Below are positions 57,214 to 64,000 of a DNA stretch of 64,000 nt, piece by piece. A program made the position numbers and the translations under genes. The notes under the pieces are model-generated. The model made no database searches and was not told where the DNA came from. It saw nothing but the letters and a program-made list of their open reading frames with translations. This DNA comes from Chloroflexota bacterium. Its GTDB lineage: Bacteria > Chloroflexota > Dehalococcoidia > UBA2247 > RBG-13-53-26. The stretch spans positions 2,605-66,604 of the forward strand of contig PUNJ01000037.1 of assembly GCA_003551705.1 (NCBI GenBank), in the 5' to 3' direction. Numbering within the stretch: position 1 is the stretch's first letter; every line of letters begins with the position of its first letter.

Positions 57214-57804
57214 TTACTCGAACCAGATTTCGGTAACGCCCCGGCGGATCATGTTAATGGCTATTGCGGCCAGCAGGAGGCTTATTATCTTGCCCAAGGC
57301 ATGTAGTCCGGGGGTACCCAGCAAACGGGCAATTCGGTTCGCCTGGGAGAACCCGGCCCAGGCAATCAGAAGGTTCAGGAGGTAAGCTATGATCACTACA
57401 AAGACGCCATAGAGTTCTATAAGCACAAGAATGGTTGTGAGGGTGGCGGGACCTGCTACGAGTGGCGTACCAATGGGGACTACACCCATTACATCGCCGG
57501 GTCCAACGTCGACTACGGATCCGGTTATGATATGCTTTATGGACAGAACGAGCAGGATGATGCCTCCGCCTACCAGGAAGTCAGCTGGCTCTATTCCAAG
57601 TACCGAAAAGATGAAAGAACCGAGTGCCAGAAAGCCCAGTCCCAAAGCGAAGGCAGTGATGAGAGCCAGGCGCAGAGTTCTTGCTCTCTCTCGCTCTTCT
57701 TCGTCCTTGGTCAGGGCAAGGATGAAGGGGATATTGCCAGGCACGTCCATGGCAACGAAAAGGGGTATAAAGGACAGTCCGATGTTGATAAAAAACTCGG
57801 TCAT
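57214..57804 (-). CDS. MarC family membrane protein
   Basis: PGNIPF, VGGGIILL, VVPIGTPLVAGPA. Confidence 0.9.
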   Translation of the reverse strand: MTEFFINIGLSFIPLFVAMDVPGNIPFILALTKDEEERERARTLRLALITAFALGLGFLALGSFIFSVLGIEPADFLVGGGIILLVLSIKHIITGSVVDVGPGDVMGVVPIGTPLVAGPATLTTILVLIELYGVFVVIIAYLLNLLIAWAGFSQANRIARLLGTPGLHALGKIISLLLAAIAINMIRRGVTEIWFE

Positions 57805-57931
57805 GGTAGCACCGGTTCCGGGGGGACTACAGTGTTATCTGGCTGGAAAACCCCCGGCTTACATGTGGAAATGTCCCCGTTTGTCCAGCAGCCTTGAGGA
57901 AGACGTTATTGAATCAACGCTGGCAGGGGTC

Positions 57932-58678
57932 TTATTGGTATTCGCCAGCCTCTTCCATCTGGGAGCGGGCTATTTCGATCCATTGCAGGTATTCGGTTAG
58001 AACACCTACCTCTCGAGATGCCTCGCAATCAACTGCGTACGGTTCCCCTATAAAGATTTTACCATAGTCTTCGACGGACCCCTCGGCAGGCTCGTTGATA
58101 CCCATGAACTTTTGCCGGCCGTCTATTATGCCCAGATCGAAGGGTAGCGTGAAATAGAGATCGGCGATGACCTTGTCCATCCCAAGGTTAATGAGAGGTT
58201 CCCAGGGAGTCCCATTATCTCCTCTATATTTGCTGATCGGGAGGAGGCCCAAGAGGTTTCTGACGGAAAAATTGCCTTGTCGTGAGAAGACCTTGAAAGG
58301 GGCGACCGATATCAGATAATCGCAGTAAAGCAGAACGTTTGGCAACCAGAACGTGGACATGGCAAAAGGCCGGGGCAAAGGGTTCTCTACTTCCACCAGA
58401 ACGCTGTCGTTACAGTCCAAGGTCAGGACCCTTGGAAAGTCATAGCTGAGGGCCCGGTAGAGCGGTTTCATCGGCTCCTGAAGGGGATTGCCTTCAAGGA
58501 GGATGATATCTGCCTCGCTGACTTTCCTTATCGAGGATATGACTCTCTGGAGGATATCCTTGCTAGTGGTAACTGGATAAGGATAAGCGTAACTGGCACA
58601 TGGCTTAATCAGAATACGTCTCGCCCATTTAATACGGGGGGGTGGTTCAAAAGTGAAATCTTCGGACCTGTAGATCAA
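57932..58678 (-). CDS. DUF362 domain protein
   Basis: ILIKP, VTT, LEG, ISVAPFK, RNLLG, IIDG, VDC. Confidence 0.7.
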   Translation of the reverse strand: MIYRSEDFTFEPPPRIKWARRILIKPCASYAYPYPVTTSKDILQRVISSIRKVSEADIILLEGNPLQEPMKPLYRALSYDFPRVLTLDCNDSVLVEVENPLPRPFAMSTFWLPNVLLYCDYLISVAPFKVFSRQGNFSVRNLLGLLPISKYRGDNGTPWEPLINLGMDKVIADLYFTLPFDLGIIDGRQKFMGINEPAEGSVEDYGKIFIGEPYAVDCEASREVGVLTEYLQWIEIARSQMEEAGEYQ

Positions 58679-59325
58679 CCTCTGCCTCTCTGTAGCGAAA
58701 TATGCATACTTTCAACTTCTTCGATGCCCGGCAATGAATAAACCAGGTCCAGCAGGGTATCGCGCAGTCTAAGCTGGGCATGCTCATCGATTGACACCGG
58801 GACACTGTTGACAGTCAGTTCCAATCGGTCAGCGCTAGGCCACAAAAGAGCGTTCTCCAACATGAAATCGACCAGGGCCTTCGTCTGATCAAAAGAAAAC
58901 TCGGGTACAGCCATGTTAAGAGGTTCGTCAGTAACGACTGCGAGCAATTCCTGGGAAGAGCAGGCAAGGCTGCCCGATTCCTTACGGTGGACCTCGATCT
59001 TAGGGAACCTGCCCTCCTTGTATCCCTCAAGAAGGACGAAGTCTGTGTCGTTGCAGGCGACATTTATTAGTTCTTCGAGATCGGTCTCGCGTGTCAATTG
59101 CTTAATGAGGGCCAGTTTATGGGGCGAACTCAAGAAAATTGTATCACTACCGGCTTCAGCAAATCGCCAGCTGTCTTTGCCAGCCTGGTCAATATCGAAC
59201 GTATGCCTGGTATGTTTAATAGTGGCTAGCCTGTAGCCCCTGCTCTTCAGTTCTTTGATTACTCTTTCGAGAAGTGTAGTCTTACCTGAATTGGAATGAC
59301 CGACAAAGGAAATAACGAGGGGCAA
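58675..59325 (-). CDS. mobB: Molybdopterin-guanine dinucleotide biosynthesis protein B
   Basis: GHSNSGKTT, IKH, GKDSWRF..AG, EGYK; TTG start with AAGGAGG SD. Confidence 0.9.
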   Translation of the reverse strand: MPLVISFVGHSNSGKTTLLERVIKELKSRGYRLATIKHTRHTFDIDQAGKDSWRFAEAGSDTIFLSSPHKLALIKQLTRETDLEELINVACNDTDFVLLEGYKEGRFPKIEVHRKESGSLACSSQELLAVVTDEPLNMAVPEFSFDQTKALVDFMLENALLWPSADRLELTVNSVPVSIDEHAQLRLRDTLLDLVYSLPGIEEVESMHISLQRGRG

Positions 59326-59713
59326 GAATACCTCCTTAAAGTATATTCTACCATCCCAGTCAATACGAATAAACGCCAACTATACTGCTGGGTACTGCCG
59401 TGGAGGCGCTAGCGTTAGAGCCGTATTGGGGCCTGCCTCAATGGACTGGGCGTGTTAGTACCTTGGAGTATGTCGGGCTTTCAGATAGCGACGTTTGACC
59501 TCAAGAGTATTGCTTGATAATCTTACTCGCAGCCACGACGAAGCATGTAAACGAATCTTGAAGGTACAGGGGCCTTGCCGGCAAATGCTCCGCATCTGTC
59601 CAGGTTTAGGTTCTCGGCCGGAATTCGTACACGGCAAAAGATCTTAATCAGGCTGGATGCGGTACAGATAGAACAGCGCATATTTCCGGCAGAAGAATGT
59701 AGGAGGAATGCAC

Positions 59714-60508
59714 ATGGTTCTCGATAGGTTTTCGCTCCATGGCAAGGTGGCTGTTGTCACTGGCGCTGGCAGGGGAATAGGAAAGGGAATAGCTCTGGCG
59801 TTTGCCGATGCCGGGGCCGATGTTGTATGTGTCTCGCGAACTACCAGCGAGATCGAGGCTGTGGCGGCTGAGATAAAGGACAGGGGGAGGAGGTCCCTAG
59901 CCGTAACGTGTGATGTTACAGATGGAGATCATGTGGAAAATATGGTGAAAGCTGCCGTACACGAGTTTGCTCGCATCGATATTTTGGTCAATAACGCGGG
60001 TGGTGCTTCCTACCGGCCGTCGATGCAATTGAGCCAGCGGGCCTTCGAGGCCATATTCCGTATCAATCTCCTGAGCGTGTTTCTTTGCTGCAAGGCGACG
60101 GCCAAGGTGATGATCGAGCAGAAATCCGGTGCCATAGTGAACATCTCTACTCGCGACTCGATCATACCCTGTCCCGGAATGCTGGCCTATGGTGCCGCTA
60201 AAGCAGGAGTTAATTCCCTTACCAGGACACTGGCCTGGGAACTCGCCCCTTATGTACGGGTGAACTGCATCTTACCCGGTGGCGTCCTGACGGAGGCCAG
60301 TGCTCCCCTGCTGGAGCCGGTGAAGGACAAGCTCATAGCCGGCACGCCGCGTGGTCGCATGGGAATCCCTCAGGACATCGCCTTGGCGGCATTATATCTG
60401 GCATCCCCGGCATCCGACTGGGTAACCGGCCGGATTTTTGAGATAGACGGCGGTATAGAGTTCGTTCACCTGGATGTCCAAGATATGATGAGTCCCCGGC
60501 AGACTTGA
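59714..60508 (+). CDS. Short-chain dehydrogenase/reductase
   Basis: TGAGRGIG, NNAG, YGAAK, VRVN, DGG. Confidence 0.93.
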   Translation: MVLDRFSLHGKVAVVTGAGRGIGKGIALAFADAGADVVCVSRTTSEIEAVAAEIKDRGRRSLAVTCDVTDGDHVENMVKAAVHEFARIDILVNNAGGASYRPSMQLSQRAFEAIFRINLLSVFLCCKATAKVMIEQKSGAIVNISTRDSIIPCPGMLAYGAAKAGVNSLTRTLAWELAPYVRVNCILPGGVLTEASAPLLEPVKDKLIAGTPRGRMGIPQDIALAALYLASPASDWVTGRIFEIDGGIEFVHLDVQDMMSPRQT

Positions 60509-60641
60509 GGTGCGTGATACGCTTGCCCCTTACATGGCCCTCTCTCCAACAGGAAGTTGACAGGTACGAACATGTGTCGCAAATTTACTGTTAATTGGCC
60601 TTATGTTACAATCGGACGATAGGCAGCAACGAGGACCAGCT

Positions 60642-62114
60642 TTGACCGGGTTAAGAGAAAGCTATGATGCTATTGTAGTAGGTGCGGGTATAGGTGGGCT
60701 CACCGCCGCCTCCCTGCTGGCCAAGAACAAGAAGAGTGTTCTCGTATTGGAGCAGGGAAGCAGGCCGGGAGGTTATTGCAGTTCCTTTGAAGACCGTGGT
60801 TGCACCTTCGACGTCGGCCTTAGTTACCTGCTCGGATGCGAGCTGGGTGGGGGCATCTATGAGATACTGGACGAATTGGGCCTAAGGGACTGCATAGAGT
60901 TTGTCCGCCTGCGCCCGGCCATTCGTATCATCGGCAACAACTACGATGTGAGTGTGGGCTCTGCTTCGGACCTGGCTGACACTCTGGTAGGCCTCTTTCC
61001 CATGGAGACGCCGTCCATACGGCAGTTCATGGGTGAATGCCGGGCCGTAGCTGATGAAACCAACTCGCTATCGAAGAAACTGCCTGACGCCATGGACCCG
61101 GGCTCAAGGACAGCCTTCAAGCTCTTCTCTTTTCTTCGTTACAGGCGGACCTGGCTATACGGCAGAAAATCTAGGCAGGAGGTAGTGGAGGGCTTCTTCA
61201 GGGATCCGACGTTGCGGGTTATAGTCCTCTCCATGCTGACCCATTTCGATCCGGGCGTCATGGCTCGCCTGTCAATGGCGGAACTGGGCACCAAGGAGGA
61301 TTTCTATTATCCGAAGGGCGGCGCCCAGAGTCTGGCAGAAGTGCTGGTTGATGGACTCAGGCGGTTCAAGGGCGAATTGGCCCTGGGAACCAGGGTGGAC
61401 AGGATCATGGTGAAGGACCACCGGGCTTGGGGTGTCACTCTACATGATGGGCGGCAGATCGAGGCAAGGTACGTAATATCGGACGCCGATGCCAAGAGGA
61501 CATATGTTAACCTGGTGGGTGAGGAACATCTGAAATCCAGGTTCAAGCGGAAACTGGAGCTTAGGCCCATATCCAGGTCGGGATTCATCGTGTCCCTGGG
61601 CGTCAGTCTCAATCTAAAAGCCATGGGTTTTGATGGAGCCAGTATAGTGTACAATCCGGTGGACGACATTGAGGAGCTCTATGGGGTGGACCCGTCTGTA
61701 TGCACACTTAATATCAATTTGCCTTCCATTAACGAGCCATGGCGGAGTTGGGGCAGTACAACAGCGGTCCAGATAAAGGCTGCATTGCCTTATAATGCTG
61801 TTGATGACTGGGCGAGTCATCAAGAAGAAGTGGCGGATGCTATGATAAAGTCCGCGGCAAACGTGATTCCTAATTTGGCCAAGCATGTAATAAGCAAACA
61901 TATCATGAGCCCTCCCGCTTTGGAGGAAGCAACGGGAAATAGCCAGGGAGCCGTTCTTGGCTGGTATCCGTATCCTGGAAAGCATAGGGAAAGTCATAAG
62001 ACGATAATTCGAAATCTGTACCAGGTGGGACAGTGGAGTTTGCCCGGTGGTGGCGTGCCCAGCGCTTTCATATCAGGCAGAAACGCTGCCCGGCTGGTAA
62101 TGAAGGGCAAGTAG
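60642..62114 (+). CDS. FAD-dependent oxidoreductase, phytoene dehydrogenase-like (COG1233)
   Basis: VVGAGIGG, PGG, FDVG, YPKGG, NLYQVG..PGGGV..SG. Confidence 0.85.
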   Translation: MTGLRESYDAIVVGAGIGGLTAASLLAKNKKSVLVLEQGSRPGGYCSSFEDRGCTFDVGLSYLLGCELGGGIYEILDELGLRDCIEFVRLRPAIRIIGNNYDVSVGSASDLADTLVGLFPMETPSIRQFMGECRAVADETNSLSKKLPDAMDPGSRTAFKLFSFLRYRRTWLYGRKSRQEVVEGFFRDPTLRVIVLSMLTHFDPGVMARLSMAELGTKEDFYYPKGGAQSLAEVLVDGLRRFKGELALGTRVDRIMVKDHRAWGVTLHDGRQIEARYVISDADAKRTYVNLVGEEHLKSRFKRKLELRPISRSGFIVSLGVSLNLKAMGFDGASIVYNPVDDIEELYGVDPSVCTLNINLPSINEPWRSWGSTTAVQIKAALPYNAVDDWASHQEEVADAMIKSAANVIPNLAKHVISKHIMSPPALEEATGNSQGAVLGWYPYPGKHRESHKTIIRNLYQVGQWSLPGGGVPSAFISGRNAARLVMKGK

Positions 62115-62132
62115 CAGGGAGGTTGACATACC

Positions 62133-62522
62133 ATGCCCATATATGAGTTTGGATGCAAGAGTTGTAAACGCAAGACATCTGTGTTCGTACGCAGTTTCTC
62201 GCCGCCGGCGCAGGTTGTATGTAGCAAGTGTGGTAACTCGGACACCGTGCGCATTTTTTCGACCTTTGCCAGGGTGAAAACCGACCAGGATGTTTACGAG
62301 AGTGTACTGGGCGACTCGCAACTGGTCAATCGTATGATGGCGAACGACCCCAGCGCTCTGGTAGAGTGGTCTCGCCGTATGGAGGGGTCCAGCATGGAGA
62401 AGGATTCCGAATACGGTGAAGTGCTTGAGAAGCTGCAGAGCGGCGAAGATTGGGGCAAGGTGGCTGGAGAGTTCCAGGAAAGTCATTTTGGTGGTGGGGA
62501 CGATTCCGGCATGGAGGACTGA
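62133..62522 (+). CDS. FmdB-family zinc-ribbon protein (copy 1)
   Basis: MPIYEFGCKSC..CSKCG..RIFS. Confidence 0.85.
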   Translation: MPIYEFGCKSCKRKTSVFVRSFSPPAQVVCSKCGNSDTVRIFSTFARVKTDQDVYESVLGDSQLVNRMMANDPSALVEWSRRMEGSSMEKDSEYGEVLEKLQSGEDWGKVAGEFQESHFGGGDDSGMED

Positions 62523-62528
62523 TACCTG

Positions 62529-62891
62529 ATGCCTGTTTATGAATACGTTTGCGGCCCCTGTCGCAAGAAGACCAGCGTTTTCGTCAGAAAGATCGGCGAT
62601 TCCGTCGAGCCTGCGTGCCCAACATGCGGGGGACGGGATATGACGCGCATCTTCTCCAGTTTCGCCTATCATAAGTCCATGGCCGCCATACATGAGCAAT
62701 CGGGTCCGCCTGATGCTGCCGGGCCTGATTACTATAAGGATCCCCGAAATATTGGCCGGTGGACCGAAAGGAAATTCCAGGACTTCGGCATGGAGGTGCC
62801 TTCCCAGGTACAGGAGATGATTCAATCAGCCCGAGAGGGCGAACTGCCCGGTCCTGTCAAGGACCTGCAGCCGGGACTGTCCGAGGTCTAG
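62529..62891 (+). CDS. FmdB-family zinc-ribbon protein (copy 2)
   Basis: MPVYEYVCGPC..CPTCG..RIFS. Confidence 0.85.
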   Translation: MPVYEYVCGPCRKKTSVFVRKIGDSVEPACPTCGGRDMTRIFSSFAYHKSMAAIHEQSGPPDAAGPDYYKDPRNIGRWTERKFQDFGMEVPSQVQEMIQSAREGELPGPVKDLQPGLSEV

Positions 62892-63941
62892 TTGCTGCGC
62901 ATAATCGATGCTAACTTGGACCGTGCTGGTGAAGGTTTGCGGGTGTTGGAGGACGTTGCACGTTTCCTGCTCGATGCCCCTGTTCTCAGCCGGCGACTGA
63001 AGGTGCTGAGGCACACCATTCTCAAGGGTTTCCGGTCCATGGAGGACCAGCTTCTGCGGGCTCGCAATGTGGAATCGGACACCGGTGCGTTTTCCCCATC
63101 GCCTGAAGGCACAAAGTACGAAGATGTCGTGGCCCTTGTCAAAGCTAATGGACGGCGCGTTCAGGAGTCGTTACGGGTACTCGAAGAATTGGCCAGGCTT
63201 GGAGGACCATCTTTGCCGTCTCCGCAGCAACTGGAGAAAGCCCGTTTCGAAACTTATGAACTCGAACAGGCAATCATTCTCGCTCTGTGGCGGGATGAGC
63301 GCCGGAAGGGCATGAATGGTCTCTATTTGGTACTGGATATCGCCTGTCTGCATGGGCGCGATCCTCTGGTGGTAGCGGAACAGGCCATCGCTGGCGGAGT
63401 CAGAGTGCTGCAACTTCGTGATAAGCTCTCCGGAAGAGGCGGTTTAATCGAACTAGCCCGCGGCCTGAAGGCCATATGCGAGCGGAACAATGTCCCCTTT
63501 ATTGTCAATGACTACGTAGACCTTGCTTTGGCTGTAGACGCTCACGGGGTGCATCTGGGCCAGGACGATTTTCCTGTCAGCGAAGCCCGGCGGTTGCTGC
63601 CTTCTGATCGATTGGTTGGGTGTTCAACAGGGTCTCTGGCTGAGGCTGAGAAAGCACAGGAACACGGTGCTGACTACATCGCCGCCGGAGCCGTTTTTCC
63701 AACAAAAACGAAAGATCGTGCGGTGTTGGGACTTGAGCGGCTTGGCGAAATAGCGGCTGGGGTGCGGGTGCCTGTGATCGGCATCGGCGGTATCAATGAA
63801 AACAATGTGCATTTGGCTATGGGTATGAATATAGCCGGTGTGGCAGTTATCAGTGCCATCCTTGAGGCGGCTGATACTGAAGAGGCGGCTCGAAGGCTTG
63901 CCGGAAAGATTGACCTCGGAGTGGGGAGAATGGAGAAATAG
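62892..63941 (+). CDS. thiE: Thiamine-phosphate synthase, long form with N-terminal helical (ThiD2) domain
   Basis: RIIDANLDRAGEGLRVLED; QLRDK, VND, GVHLGQDD, FPTKTK, IGGI. Confidence 0.92.
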   Translation: MLRIIDANLDRAGEGLRVLEDVARFLLDAPVLSRRLKVLRHTILKGFRSMEDQLLRARNVESDTGAFSPSPEGTKYEDVVALVKANGRRVQESLRVLEELARLGGPSLPSPQQLEKARFETYELEQAIILALWRDERRKGMNGLYLVLDIACLHGRDPLVVAEQAIAGGVRVLQLRDKLSGRGGLIELARGLKAICERNNVPFIVNDYVDLALAVDAHGVHLGQDDFPVSEARRLLPSDRLVGCSTGSLAEAEKAQEHGADYIAAGAVFPTKTKDRAVLGLERLGEIAAGVRVPVIGIGGINENNVHLAMGMNIAGVAVISAILEAADTEEAARRLAGKIDLGVGRMEK

Positions 63942-64000
63942 TTGCCAAGAACGACAGCAAACCTGGATGAGATAGCAGAGAAAATACGTAATGACTTCGC
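63942..64000 (+). CDS. Start of a truncated CDS, possibly translin-like
   Basis: GGAG SD plus TTG: MPRTTANLDEIAEKIRNDF...; only 19 codons are visible. Confidence 0.35.
   Translation, partial: MPRTTANLDEIAEKIRNDF

Noticed and set aside
59380-59700. Moco riboswitch or small ORF upstream of mobB
   Set aside because: No recognisable Moco-motif core, and a plausible extended -10 lies right next to the mobB SD.
9598-60604. GGCCTTAT recurring near promoters (9598, 43313, 43703, 60597)
   Set aside because: An 8-mer is expected about twice by chance in 128 kb of both strands, and its position relative to -10 is inconsistent.
1-64000. CRISPR arrays, transposases/integrases, tRNA/rRNA, selenoprotein or frameshifted genes
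   Set aside because: No repeat-spacer periodicity, recombinase motifs or tRNA arms were found by eye, and the redox ORFs are continuous with no in-frame TGA needed. A manual read could miss short elements.

Overview
Chromosomal window (no CRISPR array, IS/integrase, tRNA or rRNA recognised) from an anaerobic bacterium. Gene content suggests Chloroflexota, probably Dehalococcoidia (inference). About 60 CDS can be called from motifs. Main blocks: (i) a multi-PAS hybrid histidine kinase plus flavo-oxidoreductases (0-12 kb); (ii) a ~14 kb co-oriented stress/dormancy-type run headed by a second RpoD-like sigma factor, with USP, ppsA, Ku, split LigD, two Asp23 genes, class II RNR, a baeRF3/Balon-like factor, a Cys-less HesB-like protein and a PRC barrel (12.8-26.6 kb); (iii) Pat-type acetyltransferase, Smr, MscS, ArfB-like, CzcD and a dcd-dut-archaeal-type thyA operon (29-38 kb); (iv) relA-rpsT followed by a highly structured 480-nt gap (6S-like RNA candidate) and an mshA/mshB/mshD-like cluster with no mshC in the window but with a CelD/Fem-like GNAT and a nitroreductase (40-49 kb); (v) tandem OYE/Fe-S reductases, a cytoplasmic DmsBA-like molybdoenzyme, mobB, SDR, tandem FmdB zinc ribbons and thiE (49-64 kb). 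The best candidates for something undescribed are the mycothiol-like cluster, the sigma-led stress operon and the structured RNA after rpsT. All calls come from reading motifs by eye; no database search was run.
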